In this document: piece by piece, positions 1-9,232 of the stretch
How positions within the stretch are numbered: the first letter of the stretch is position 1
How the letters are laid out: every line of letters starts with the position of its first letter
Assembly (NCBI GenBank): GCA_026983515.1
Contig: JALWHT010000054.1
Location: 1 to 61,492 of the forward strand
Length of the DNA: 61,492 bases
Source of the DNA: Sulfurovum sp.
GTDB lineage: Bacteria; Campylobacterota; Campylobacteria; Campylobacterales; Sulfurovaceae
Direction of reading: 5' to 3'
Made by a program: the position numbers and the translations under genes
The notes under the pieces: model-generated
Databases searched by the model: none
Seen by the model: the letters and a program-made list of their open reading frames with translations, nothing else
Told to the model about the DNA's origin: nothing

Positions 1-127
1 TTACCTCATTATCATACATCTTCATAAAGTTTCGGGTATGTGTAATGATGCCCCATTGATGCCAATTAGGTTGATGTTGCCCTGGAGAGTCAAGTTCTGT
101 AAAGAATTTTTGTTTGTGCTGCCGAAT
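1..127 (-). pseudogene. Gene fragment cut by IS256, possibly HD-domain-like; continues off the left edge
   Basis: Minus frame is open from the IS end to the window edge (IRQHKQKFFTELDSPGQHQPNWHQWGIITHTRNFMKMYDNEV); His-rich motif; 5' part appears missing. Confidence 0.4.
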
Positions 128-1406
128 GATAGCGTCAAAAATTTTCTGTAAATTCTTCCTCAGCCTCCTCAGATTGTACCAAATTATCCCAAGAAACATA
201 CTTTCTATCCAGCCACTTGGCATTGGTGTCCACTGCCAGCGGCACCAACAGACGCAGTACAGAGTTGTCTCCAGGGAAAGCGCCAACTACTTTCGTTCTT
301 CTTTTAACCTCCTTGTTGAATCGTTCCAGCACATTGGTAGAATGAATTTTCCTGTGATGGGATTTTGGGAACGACAGGAATGTCAGCACATCCATCAAAT
401 TATCTGAAAGAAATTTAATGAGCTTGGGATGAGACGCTTCGTAAACTCCTGCCATACCATTGGCATAATCGATGGCATCCTCCAATGTTTTAGACTGCAA
501 CATCACATTGATATCTTCAAGGATAGATTTGCTATCCTTTTGAGGTACGACTTTCAAGAGATTTCTCTTAAAGTGAACCGTGCAGAGCTGCCAGCTTGAG
601 CCTACGAAACTATGGGCTGCAGCTCTTTTGATGCCTTTATGACCGTCAGAAATAATGAGATCAACCTTTTCAACTCCCCGCTCTTTTAACAGATCAAAGA
701 ATGCTTCGTAGCTTGCGTTTGATTCTTCATGGTTGATATCAATATCAAGTATTTCTCTGTATCCCTCTTCATTCACACCTATGGCGATCATAACAGCTTT
801 AGAGACAAACCGTGAACCATTGAATACTTTCAAATAGAGGGAGTCAACATACAAGTAGGGGTAATACGCTCTAAGGGGTGAAGTCTTGAATTCCGTGACC
901 AGTTCATCGAGTTCATGGCTGAGATTGCTCACTGTAGCGTGTGAAAGTTCGATATCAAGTGCCGAGACCACTGCTTCTACTTTTCTGGTAGAAACCCCTT
1001 TGAGGTAACTCTCCACGATCATCGACACTAGGGCTTTATCGATCCTGGAATAGTTCTCAAAGAGCTTGGTCTCAAACTTCCCACTTCTGGCATAGGGACG
1101 CAGCAGGTTTAGTTCACCCAGCGTTGTCTTTAACAACCGTTCCTTGTGCCCGTTACGGTAATCTCTTCGCTCTTCATTGCGTTCATGACGACCTGCACCG
1201 ATATAAGCTTCAAACTCCTTTTCCAATATGGCATTGAGAATCTTTTCTCCTATTTGTCTGAAACCCTCTGTCTTATTGGCAATCAACAGTGGTGCTAACT
1301 CCTCCAAATCAAACTCTATCTTATTTTCTTTCAATTCCATTGCTATGACTCCTTTTTCTTTTTATCATAGCTGATTTGGAATTTACAGAAATATTTTTAC
1401 GCTACC
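128..1406 (-). mobile_element. IS256-family insertion sequence
   Basis: Imperfect 28-bp terminal inverted repeats (128-155 GATAGCGTCAAAAATTTTCTGTAAATTC; 1379-1406, 24/28 match) around a Mutator-type transposase; no flanking target duplication. Confidence 0.9.
135..1340 (-). CDS. IS256-family (Mutator) DDE transposase
   Basis: 401 aa; motifs YRNG, YLYVDSLY, IISDGHKG, WQLCTVHFKRN, STNVLERFNKEVKRR. Confidence 0.95.
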   Translation of the reverse strand: MELKENKIEFDLEELAPLLIANKTEGFRQIGEKILNAILEKEFEAYIGAGRHERNEERRDYRNGHKERLLKTTLGELNLLRPYARSGKFETKLFENYSRIDKALVSMIVESYLKGVSTRKVEAVVSALDIELSHATVSNLSHELDELVTEFKTSPLRAYYPYLYVDSLYLKVFNGSRFVSKAVMIAIGVNEEGYREILDIDINHEESNASYEAFFDLLKERGVEKVDLIISDGHKGIKRAAAHSFVGSSWQLCTVHFKRNLLKVVPQKDSKSILEDINVMLQSKTLEDAIDYANGMAGVYEASHPKLIKFLSDNLMDVLTFLSFPKSHHRKIHSTNVLERFNKEVKRRTKVVGAFPGDNSVLRLLVPLAVDTNAKWLDRKYVSWDNLVQSEEAEEEFTENF

Positions 1407-1426
1407 ACAAAATCTAAGGCTAACTA

Positions 1427-2149
1427 ATGCGTTACAGCCTATACGTCAACCAGCCTGTAGCTATAGAACTTGGTTTGGAAAATACTACAGAAGCCATTAT
1501 TTTTGATTATTTAATTATTGCCCCAACATGGGCAGAACCTATCATTATCAATGATGCGGTCTATTACTGGGTAGCACGTCAAAAAATATGTGATGAACAT
1601 CCCCTTCTTGATTTAAAAACAGATACAGTCTATCGATATTTGAAAAAACTTAACAAAAAAGGTCTTATTGCCTATATCAAACAAGGTAAAAAAGATTGCA
1701 TTTGTGTAACAAAGATGGGTAAAAAATATATCAGTAAAGCTATGTCGGAAAAAAATCCGAATTCTATCCAATCTCCTATGTCGGAAAATAATCCGAATAA
1801 TCTCGGAAAAAAATCCGAATCTACTCGGAAAAAAATCCGACATATTAATATACCATCTTATCCATCTACCAAAGATTCTCTCTCTAAGGGAGTTGATTTT
1901 CTAAAGTCTAAAGATATATTCATAAACCACATCAGAGCAAATTTTAAAAACAAACTGATCCTAGAAGGGATGGACACTTATAATCAAAAACCAATTGCAA
2001 TATCAGTATCGCATCAAGGGTATTTATACAATCTACGTACGGGGGAGAACTTCCCTGGTGTCAGAGCTAAAGAAATGTGGACAAATTTATATTCTCTAGC
2101 CCTGGAGGGAAGATTAAAATTAATAGATGAGGAAAAGAAGCATGCATAA
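1427..2149 (+). CDS. Phage-type replication initiator (N-terminal winged HTH, lambda O-like layout)
   Basis: HTH-like KTDTVYRYLKKLNKKGLI followed by a low-complexity linker encoded by iteron repeats. Confidence 0.7.
   Translation: MRYSLYVNQPVAIELGLENTTEAIIFDYLIIAPTWAEPIIINDAVYYWVARQKICDEHPLLDLKTDTVYRYLKKLNKKGLIAYIKQGKKDCICVTKMGKKYISKAMSEKNPNSIQSPMSENNPNNLGKKSESTRKKIRHINIPSYPSTKDSLSKGVDFLKSKDIFINHIRANFKNKLILEGMDTYNQKPIAISVSHQGYLYNLRTGENFPGVRAKEMWTNLYSLALEGRLKLIDEEKKHA
1745..1840. repeat. Four palindromic iterons TCGGA-N6-TCCGA (putative replication origin)
   Basis: Copies at 1745-1760, 1781-1796, 1803-1818 and 1825-1840; start spacing 36, 22, 22 bp; AT-rich tract follows. Confidence 0.8.
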
Positions 2150-2453
2150 CGTATACATCAGTGGTGATACCTTCCCCTATAAAGAAGAGATCAAGCAGCT
2201 AAAGCCTGCTACGGAAAAGTTTAAAAAACGATGGTCATTCAACAGAACACTGCAATGCTGGCAGTTAAGCGTTGCAGACGAATATATGGCAGAGGATTTT
2301 AAAAAAGTTCTTCAAAGCTTCACCAGCAGAAAGAATTTGAAACTGGAGATCTTAAAAGAATTTAAACCAAAAATAAAACCTCTTTCAGAATATGAAAATC
2401 CCGATGAATTTTTTGAGTCATTTCATCAGAGAAACAGTAGAAGATATTCTTGA
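2142..2453 (+). CDS. Hypothetical protein of the integrative element
   Basis: ORF overlaps the rep stop; start 2127 or 2142; ISGDTFPYKEEIKQL motif. Confidence 0.6.
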   Translation: MHNVYISGDTFPYKEEIKQLKPATEKFKKRWSFNRTLQCWQLSVADEYMAEDFKKVLQSFTSRKNLKLEILKEFKPKIKPLSEYENPDEFFESFHQRNSRRYS

Positions 2454-2515
2454 TTGATTGATAAAGTACTCCAGCAAAGAGTATTTTACAAATCAATTCT
2501 AAAGGATAAAGAAGA

Positions 2516-2704
2516 ATGTCAAAGAAAAAACTAAAACATGTCATTAAGAGACTTGAAAAACGCTTAGAATATGAAACTGAGATGTGTAACACATTAAAAA
2601 ACGATGGTGCGTTCCTAGGCTACTCCTGTGAAAAGTTAAACAGAAGCAACAGGCAGTTAAAGAAAGATATTAATTTCATCAAAGGGCTTAAAAATGAATT
2701 TTAA
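2516..2704 (+). CDS. Small hypothetical coiled-coil protein
   Basis: 62 aa, AAGGA upstream, overlaps the trbJ start. Confidence 0.5.
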   Translation: MSKKKLKHVIKRLEKRLEYETEMCNTLKNDGAFLGYSCEKLNRSNRQLKKDINFIKGLKNEF

Positions 2705-3446
2705 AAAAATCACAATATCAACCGCTCTAGCAACCATGCTTTTAACCACAGGAATAAATGCTTCGGGTGCAATAGCAGGTGCAACTGAACCCACACAAAT
2801 AGCACAGATGATATCAGACGGTATAGATAGGGCACTCTCATACACAGAAGATTTAACACAAACTATGCAGCAGCTAGATCAACTAAAAACCATGAGACAG
2901 AACTTAGAAAAATTAAGCCCCAGGGATTGGCTTAATTTCATTGGTCAAGTGGATAAATTAAAAGAAGTTGTAGACTTCCAGGAGTCAATCACATATGCCG
3001 CTGCCAACTATGAAGCAAAATTTAAAGCAAAGTTCAAAGACTATGCAGAATTTCAAAGATTGGCTGCTGGAGAACATCCTGTAAAGGACTACGAAAAAGT
3101 ATACCAAGACCTCAATCAAGGTACACGTAACACAGTTCAGGCTACCCTGAAACAACTTAATCTCTCGATGAAAGATATGGAGGGAGACGATGCTGTTATG
3201 GATAGACTTAAAAGCTTTTCTAAATCAGCAGTCGGTCAAAAGCAAGCAATGGAAGCGGCATCACAAATTGGACTTCACTCCATTAACCAACTCAAGCAAA
3301 TAGAAAAGACATTAATGGCAAATACCCAGCTTCATGCTTCATTTATTGCAAAGCAGAATGCCAAAGAAGAGATGATCGATGCCAACGAAGCATTACGAAA
3401 ACGTGGAGAGATCCTTGACTCCACACAGTATCACTATAAGTACTAA
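2694..3446 (+). CDS. trbJ: P-type conjugative transfer protein TrbJ (VirB5-like)
   Basis: Signal peptide then AIAGATEPTQI; helical Q-rich body with AVGQKQAMEAASQI; upstream of eex and trbL. Confidence 0.8.
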   Translation: MNFKKITISTALATMLLTTGINASGAIAGATEPTQIAQMISDGIDRALSYTEDLTQTMQQLDQLKTMRQNLEKLSPRDWLNFIGQVDKLKEVVDFQESITYAAANYEAKFKAKFKDYAEFQRLAAGEHPVKDYEKVYQDLNQGTRNTVQATLKQLNLSMKDMEGDDAVMDRLKSFSKSAVGQKQAMEAASQIGLHSINQLKQIEKTLMANTQLHASFIAKQNAKEEMIDANEALRKRGEILDSTQYHYKY

Positions 3447-3455
3447 GGTCATGTT

Positions 3456-3692
3456 ATGAGTTTGTTGAAAATATTTTTTATTGCCACTCTAGTTATGGCA
3501 GGATGCAGCGAGTCTATTCATACAGAAAAATACTATAAAGAGCATCCAAAAGAACGTATAGTGAAACTTAAAACGTGTAAAGATATAGACATTATGAATG
3601 CAGCACAAAAGGAAGAGTGTCAAAACGCTTTTCGTGCAGATAGAATGCATGGGGAGATCCTTGACTCCACAAAATACAATTACAAATACTAA
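3456..3692 (+). CDS. Entry exclusion lipoprotein (EexN/TrbK-like)
   Basis: 78 aa, lipobox MAGC, YYKEHPKER..KLKTC...ECQNA pattern, located between trbJ and trbL. Confidence 0.8.
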   Translation: MSLLKIFFIATLVMAGCSESIHTEKYYKEHPKERIVKLKTCKDIDIMNAAQKEECQNAFRADRMHGEILDSTKYNYKY

Positions 3693-3700
3693 AAGATAAT

Positions 3701-4984
3701 ATGATGAAAAAACAACATTCAAAACTACTATTACTGACGATATTATTTCTTGCAATACCTATGCTAAGTTATGCTGCACCTATAGCAGCTGACACCAGTC
3801 CAGGTATGCTTGACCAAATCATAGACGGATTTAAAAATTCAGCTGGAGCATGGGAAGACACCTTCCAGCAGATTTCAAAACGTATCTTCTTCTTTTTAGT
3901 AGTTGTTACTGTAGCAATAGAACTAGGAACAATGGCTGCTAAAAATGAACTTGAAATAGGTGGCATTGCGGTTACATTGGGAAAAATCATGTTAATTTCA
4001 GGTATTTTTTACGGGGCACTAGAACTACCTACATATTTTTTAAAGTGGTTGGGTAGCTTTGAAGATTTAGCAGACAGAGCAAATGCAGCAGCTGGAGTTC
4101 CAAACCTAAGTGTAGGTAGCATGATAGTTGAAGCCACGAACCTGTTAAAGTATGCAGTGTCAAATGCTAGTATGTGGAAAGTAGGAGAGGCTATAATGCT
4201 CTTCTTCTTGAGCCTTATAGCTACATATTACATTGCCATGATTGCTGTTGAATATGTCATGACCATCATCAAATTTCATTTTATTCTATACATGAACATT
4301 ATTGCTCTTGCATTCGCTCCATTTCAACATACAAGACAATGGTCAATCAATGGAATTACCAACCTCTTTAAAATGGGATTTGAAGTCATGATGCAAAAAT
4401 TACTTATAGGTATGATTATAGGTGCAGTGATCAAATACTCACAAGACAGCATCCAAAATAAGGATGATACTTCACTTATCTACCTCATGGTATTTGTCAT
4501 TATTGTGTATGCCTTATCAAAATCTATTCATGAAATTGTAGAGAGCTTCTTTACAGGCTTTGGTGTCCGCAATAGTGACATGGGTCAAAGAATAATGCAG
4601 GCAGGTCTTGCATCAGCCAGCAGTTCAATACCTATGGGTTCAAACGGAGCAAGTGGAGTCAAGAGCCAAACTCAAGCACTTAATGAGAATAAAGCATCCA
4701 CAGCCAACACTTCATCAGCCAAACCAAGTTCAGGCGGAGGAAGCGGAGGGGTAGGCAATATGAATACACCTATCACCAGTAGCAATAATAGCAGTACCAA
4801 TTTTGGGTCTATGGCTAAATCAGCTCTTGGTGGTACGATGAAAGCTGGCTTGTCTATAGCTGGAGCAATGGCATCAGAAGCATTAGATATTAAACCTGGA
4901 GTGAGTGCTGTAAATCAAAACAGAGAAGTAAAAAAATTCCCAACAGAATATCAACCGAATAATGACACAAAGGATGAACCCTAA
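3701..4984 (+). CDS. trbL: P-type conjugative transfer protein TrbL (VirB6-like)
   Basis: Several TM segments, AFAPFQHTRQWS motif, long G/S/A-rich C-terminal tail. Confidence 0.8.
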   Translation: MMKKQHSKLLLLTILFLAIPMLSYAAPIAADTSPGMLDQIIDGFKNSAGAWEDTFQQISKRIFFFLVVVTVAIELGTMAAKNELEIGGIAVTLGKIMLISGIFYGALELPTYFLKWLGSFEDLADRANAAAGVPNLSVGSMIVEATNLLKYAVSNASMWKVGEAIMLFFLSLIATYYIAMIAVEYVMTIIKFHFILYMNIIALAFAPFQHTRQWSINGITNLFKMGFEVMMQKLLIGMIIGAVIKYSQDSIQNKDDTSLIYLMVFVIIVYALSKSIHEIVESFFTGFGVRNSDMGQRIMQAGLASASSSIPMGSNGASGVKSQTQALNENKASTANTSSAKPSSGGGSGGVGNMNTPITSSNNSSTNFGSMAKSALGGTMKAGLSIAGAMASEALDIKPGVSAVNQNREVKKFPTEYQPNNDTKDEP

Positions 4985-5117
4985 CGTGACGAAAACAGCT
5001 TCTTATACACCAAAAGAGAGTTTTGACAGCAAATATCAACCCTACTTGTATGAGATAAGCAAAGAAGAGGGTTATGCTCTTAATCTAGCCAAATACAATA
5101 AGGATAACCCACTATGA
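4974..5117 (+). CDS. Small hypothetical protein (47 aa), below the ORF-track cutoff
   Basis: MNPNVTKTASY...KDNPL; overlaps the trbL stop and joins the next gene by ATGA. Confidence 0.4.
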   Translation: MNPNVTKTASYTPKESFDSKYQPYLYEISKEEGYALNLAKYNKDNPL

Positions 5118-5311
5118 ATTATGATGAAAAATTAGTACATGAATTGAGTGAAGTTATTGTAGGTTCCGTTCTGATAGTTGTTTCATTTAGCTATATAGGC
5201 TTTAACTCTATAGAAAAAACAGTTATCAGTACTGTTGTTATATCCATAGGTGCATATTATATTTTTAAGGCGAACAGATCATACAAAAGGAGAAAAGATC
5301 GTGATGAATAA
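5114..5311 (+). CDS. Small two-TM membrane protein
   Basis: 65 aa, two hydrophobic stretches, basic tail, AAGGA RBS. Confidence 0.6.
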   Translation: MNYDEKLVHELSEVIVGSVLIVVSFSYIGFNSIEKTVISTVVISIGAYYIFKANRSYKRRKDRDE

Positions 5312-5522
5312 ACCACTCTATTTAAAAACGAATGATATGGCAAAGCTCATAGGCTATAGTGGTGATTACCTGCTTAAAAACCGTGAAGTACTCTTTTTTG
5401 AAGGCATTCACTACTTCCCAAAAGAGAAGCGTCTTGACTGGAAAGTAGCAAAGATGATTGAGTGGGTAGAAGGTAATTCTATATCTAATCAAGCAAAAAA
5501 CATTTTGGATTTGGTATCATAA
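5304..5522 (+). CDS. Excisionase / recombination directionality factor-like HTH protein
   Basis: 72 aa, YLKTNDMAKLIGYS HTH, EGIHYF motif, directly upstream of the integrase. Confidence 0.7.
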   Translation: MNKPLYLKTNDMAKLIGYSGDYLLKNREVLFFEGIHYFPKEKRLDWKVAKMIEWVEGNSISNQAKNILDLVS

Positions 5523-5553
5523 TGTGCCCATTGTCTACTGGAGAGGATGGTAA

Positions 5554-6624
5554 ATGATGGTAAAAATGTTCAGGAGATCCAACGGAAAACTGTATCTGGA
5601 GTATGAAGCCTATGGCAAAATTGTACAAAAGAGTACACGACTGGAGGACACTCCAAAAAATAGAGCATTGGTAAAAAAAGAGGTGATCCCTGCTCTTCAA
5701 GGGAAAATACTTAGAGGTGAGTTATCCCAAGAAAAGCCTAAGAAGTTTTCATATTATAGTGAGTTATTTCTTAGGGAGAAAACTGGCTTAAAAACATACA
5801 AAAGAATACAGATGCATGTCGCATCTATCAATTCTTTTTTTGGAGATATGCCAATAGATCAGATCAAAAGATCCGATATTAAAGATTGGGTGAACGATAT
5901 GCTCTTTACAAGATCTCCCAAGACGGTTAGAAACTATATGTCAAGCCTTAGAGGTGTGATTTACATTGCTATTGACAAAGAGCATGTTACCCGTAATGTA
6001 TCACATGATATCAAGCTACCAACTCATATACCTGCGGAGGTTGAGCCTTTCTCAGAAGAAGAGGTCAAGCTCCTAATCAATAGTGCAAAGAGTGAGTTTT
6101 TAAAGCTCTACTTGGCAGTTGGTTTTTATACAGGTCTTAGAACGGGTGAGATTTTGGGGATTATGCATGGAGATATTGACTTTGAAAACAAAGTAATCAA
6201 TATCAAGAGATCTATATCAGATGGTAAGATCACCACACCTAAAACGCAAAAGAGTATTAGGCAAGTACCCCTACTGGATGATTTGGTACCATACCTAAAG
6301 AAGCCTACTAAGTCATTATGGCTCTTTAGCAAAGATACTGGAGCTAATCTTGGTAGATTTGGTGAAAACCGATACAGAGAGTGGAGAGCACTTTTAAAGG
6401 CGTGCAATCTTGCATATAGAAAGCCTTATGTAACACGGCATACATTTATTGTGACGATGTTAAAAAATAGTGATCTCTCTATGCTGCAAATAGCACAAAT
6501 GAGCGGTCACAATACAACACAGATGATTATCCAAAATTACGGTAAGTATATTAAGGGTGAACATTTGAAAGTTGATAGGGATTTAAAGTTGTTTACTGAC
6601 AAATCGGCTGACAGTACGGCTTAG
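5554..6624 (+). CDS. int: Tyrosine recombinase / phage integrase
   Basis: TGLRTGE, YVTRHTF, SGH and IQNY catalytic motifs; adjacent to a tRNA. Confidence 0.95.
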   Translation: MMVKMFRRSNGKLYLEYEAYGKIVQKSTRLEDTPKNRALVKKEVIPALQGKILRGELSQEKPKKFSYYSELFLREKTGLKTYKRIQMHVASINSFFGDMPIDQIKRSDIKDWVNDMLFTRSPKTVRNYMSSLRGVIYIAIDKEHVTRNVSHDIKLPTHIPAEVEPFSEEEVKLLINSAKSEFLKLYLAVGFYTGLRTGEILGIMHGDIDFENKVINIKRSISDGKITTPKTQKSIRQVPLLDDLVPYLKKPTKSLWLFSKDTGANLGRFGENRYREWRALLKACNLAYRKPYVTRHTFIVTMLKNSDLSMLQIAQMSGHNTTQMIIQNYGKYIKGEHLKVDRDLKLFTDKSADSTA

Positions 6625-6637
6625 AGTGCCTATTTGC

Positions 6638-6725
6638 TGGCCGGGAGAGGGGGATTCGAACCCCCGGAGGTGTTACCCTCACCGGTTTTCAAGACCGGCA
6701 CATTCGACCACTCTGACATCTCCCG
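6638..6725 (-). tRNA. tRNA-Ser(UGA), integration target
   Basis: Cloverleaf with long variable arm, anticodon UGA, encoded CCA. Confidence 0.95.
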
Positions 6726-6783
6726 ACAGTGAAAAGAAGTATGCAATTTTATCTTAAAAAGATAAGAGCTGCATAAAGTTATA

Positions 6784-6859
6784 TGGAGGAACCAGCCGGA
6801 CTCGAACCGGCGAATAGCAGCTTTGCAGGCTGCGGCCTTACCAACTTGGCGATGGTTCC
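6784..6859 (-). tRNA. tRNA-Cys(GCA)
   Basis: Cloverleaf, anticodon GCA, CCA end. Confidence 0.95.
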
Positions 6860-6870
6860 ATAAAGGTGGG

Positions 6871-6957
6871 TGGTACCCGGAGCCGGACTTGAACCGGCAC
6901 GGTCACAATGACCGGGGGATTTTAAGTCCCCTGTGTCTACCATTCCACCACCCGGGC
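6871..6957 (-). tRNA. tRNA-Leu(UAA)
   Basis: Cloverleaf with variable arm, anticodon UAA. Confidence 0.95.
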
Positions 6958-7051
6958 TTCAAGGTACCCTATAACTGTTTTGTTTAAAGAACGTCAAACT
7001 TATGGTTAAAAAGTCTGATGATTGTTTTTTTAGGCAAGTTTTTGCATTTTA

Positions 7052-7126
7052 TGGAGCGGGCGAAGGGATTCGAACCCTCGGCCCTCACCTTGGCAAGGTG
7101 ATGCTCTACCCCTGAGCTACGCCCGC
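7052..7126 (-). tRNA. tRNA-Gly(GCC)
   Basis: Cloverleaf, anticodon GCC, CCA end. Confidence 0.95.
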
Positions 7127-7208
7127 ATATCCATACCGTTTTCAAGTGGTATACCTGAAATTGGAGTGCGATTATAACCAATTTTTTTTTAAATGTAAAT
7201 AGTATTTG

Positions 7209-7217
7209 TGCTATAAT
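7209..7217 (+). promoter_or_regulatory. Extended -10 promoter of ilvD
   Basis: TGCTATAAT 30 nt upstream of the ATG. Confidence 0.6.
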
Positions 7218-7247
7218 CGGCAAAATTCTTAAAAAAGGCACACAATT

Positions 7248-8936
7248 ATGAGAAGTGACGAGATAAAAAAGGGGCACAACCGTGCTCCGCATCGTAGTTT
7301 GCTGCGTGCAACCGGGCTGAGAGACGAAGACTTTGACAAACCCTTTATCGGAGTGGCAAACTCCTTTATTGAACTGATTCCCGGACACTACTTTTTAAAT
7401 AAAGTAGCCGAGATCATCAAGGATGAGATCCGTGCCAACGGGTGTGTTCCTTTCGAGTTTAACACTATTGGTGTCGACGACGGTATCGCGATGGGGCATG
7501 ACGGTATGCTCTACTCTCTGCCAAGTCGTGAAATCATCGCCAACTCTGTTGAGACCGTTATGAATGCCCATAAACTTGATGCGATGATCGCCATCCCAAA
7601 CTGTGACAAGATCGTTCCGGGAATGATTATGGGGGCACTGCGTGTCAATGTCCCTACTGTTTTTGTCTCCGGAGGACCGATGGCAGCAGGACACCTTGAA
7701 GATGGTACGCCTATTGACCTTGCCACCGCATTTGAAGCCGTAGGACAGTATGAAGCTGGAGAGATCAGCGAAGAAAAGCTTACAGAGATCGAATGTAACG
7801 CCTGTCCAAGCGGTGGTTCATGTTCGGGAATGTTTACAGCAAACTCTATGAATACCCTGATGGAAGCAATGGGTATCGCACTACCGGGGAACGGTACCAT
7901 TCTGGCATTGACTCCGGAGCGTGAAGTACTTTATCGCAAAGCGGCACGACGTATTTGCGATATTGCAAAAATGGAAGCTTCTGCGCGCGATGCATTTAGA
8001 ATGTGTAACATTCTGAATGAAAAAGCTGTGCATAATGCTTTTGCTGTTGATATGGCGATGGGAGGCAGCTCCAACACTGTACTGCACATGCTTGCCATTG
8101 CGAATGAAGCCGGGGTGGACTTTAATCTCAAAGATATCAATGCCATCAGCAAACGTGTCTCCCATATTGCCAAGATATCCCCATCATTGACAACTGTCCA
8201 TATGGAAGACATCAATACGGCTGGAGGCGTCAGTGCCGTAATGCATGAGATGAAAAAGCGTGGTGATGATATTCTTCTTGATAACTTGACTGTTACGGGA
8301 GAAACGGTATATGAGCGTATCAAAGATGCAAAGATTTTGGATACAAGCATTATCCATACCATTGACAATCCATACTCAGAAGTTGGCGGTTTGGCTATTC
8401 TTTACGGAAACTTGGCGGAACAGGGTGCTGTTATTAAAACTGCCGGGATTACTGGAGACCGTGTTTTTACCGGAACGGCTGTTTGCTTCAACTCTCAGGA
8501 TGAAGCTATTGAAGGCATTATTAGTGGTAAGGTCAAAGCGGGGAATGTGGTTGTTATTCGATATGAAGGACCACGCGGCGGACCTGGAATGCAAGAGATG
8601 CTTTCCCCGACTTCCCTTATTATGGGAATGGGACTGGGCGATAAAGTTGCCCTTATTACTGATGGACGTTTCTCCGGAGCCACCAGGGGAGCCAGTATCG
8701 GGCACGTCAGTCCCGAGGCAGCAGAAGGTGGGATGATCGCACTTGTTGAAGATGGTGATGAGATTTATTTGGATGTTGACAATTATATTCTTGAAGTCCG
8801 TCTGAGTGATGAAGAGATTGCTAAGCGCCGTGCAAACTTTACCCCCCTGGTTAAGCCTCTCAAAAGCCGCTGGCTTAGACAATATCGTGCATTGGTTACG
8901 AATGCAAGTAACGGTGCTGTACTCGAAGCGGAATAA
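7248..8936 (+). CDS. ilvD: Dihydroxy-acid dehydratase
   Basis: [36 protein letters not shown]. Confidence 0.97.
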   Translation: MRSDEIKKGHNRAPHRSLLRATGLRDEDFDKPFIGVANSFIELIPGHYFLNKVAEIIKDEIRANGCVPFEFNTIGVDDGIAMGHDGMLYSLPSREIIANSVETVMNAHKLDAMIAIPNCDKIVPGMIMGALRVNVPTVFVSGGPMAAGHLEDGTPIDLATAFEAVGQYEAGEISEEKLTEIECNACPSGGSCSGMFTANSMNTLMEAMGIALPGNGTILALTPEREVLYRKAARRICDIAKMEASARDAFRMCNILNEKAVHNAFAVDMAMGGSSNTVLHMLAIANEAGVDFNLKDINAISKRVSHIAKISPSLTTVHMEDINTAGGVSAVMHEMKKRGDDILLDNLTVTGETVYERIKDAKILDTSIIHTIDNPYSEVGGLAILYGNLAEQGAVIKTAGITGDRVFTGTAVCFNSQDEAIEGIISGKVKAGNVVVIRYEGPRGGPGMQEMLSPTSLIMGMGLGDKVALITDGRFSGATRGASIGHVSPEAAEGGMIALVEDGDEIYLDVDNYILEVRLSDEEIAKRRANFTPLVKPLKSRWLRQYRALVTNASNGAVLEAE

Positions 8937-9232
8937 AGCTGTTAAGTATAATGTTCATGCATTGAGTGCATGAGAGCACTTATACTTCAAAAGTGTGCAT
9001 GTATACATGCTTTTACTGGGAAGGACTTCCCGGTTTCACTACCCCCCCCCTCTCTCTACCAGTCAAGCGCCAAAATTCTGTATATTGTTTGGGATTTATT
9101 TGTCACTCTTTCCAAGTATGAGCAGGTACATTCAAAATGTTGTTTATGTCTATAATACGGAAAACAAGGAAGAAAAAAGTACGATGTATAGGCAGGAGAG
9201 AATCTCCCGCTTTAAATCAGGAAGTGCTTGCT

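Larger units (their letters stand above)
1407..6637 (+). mobile_element. Integrative element (right part) inserted at the 3' end of tRNA-Ser(UGA)
   Basis: AT-rich co-oriented rep, trbJ, eex, trbL, xis and int genes; integrase stop lies 13 nt from the tRNA CCA end; left att site not in the window. Confidence 0.85.

Noticed and set aside
84-112. GGAGAGTCAAGTTCTGTAAA resembling another IS end
   Set aside because: Weak match, no partner repeat, and it lies inside an open minus-strand frame
1745-1840. Possible mini-CRISPR array
   Set aside because: Repeats are 16 bp with 6-20 bp spacers, inside a CDS, with no cas genes; iterons fit better
6984-7388. 134-aa minus-strand ORF, and the many other antisense ORFs over core genes
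   Set aside because: They overlap tRNA-Gly/ilvD or other well-supported genes and are shadow frames
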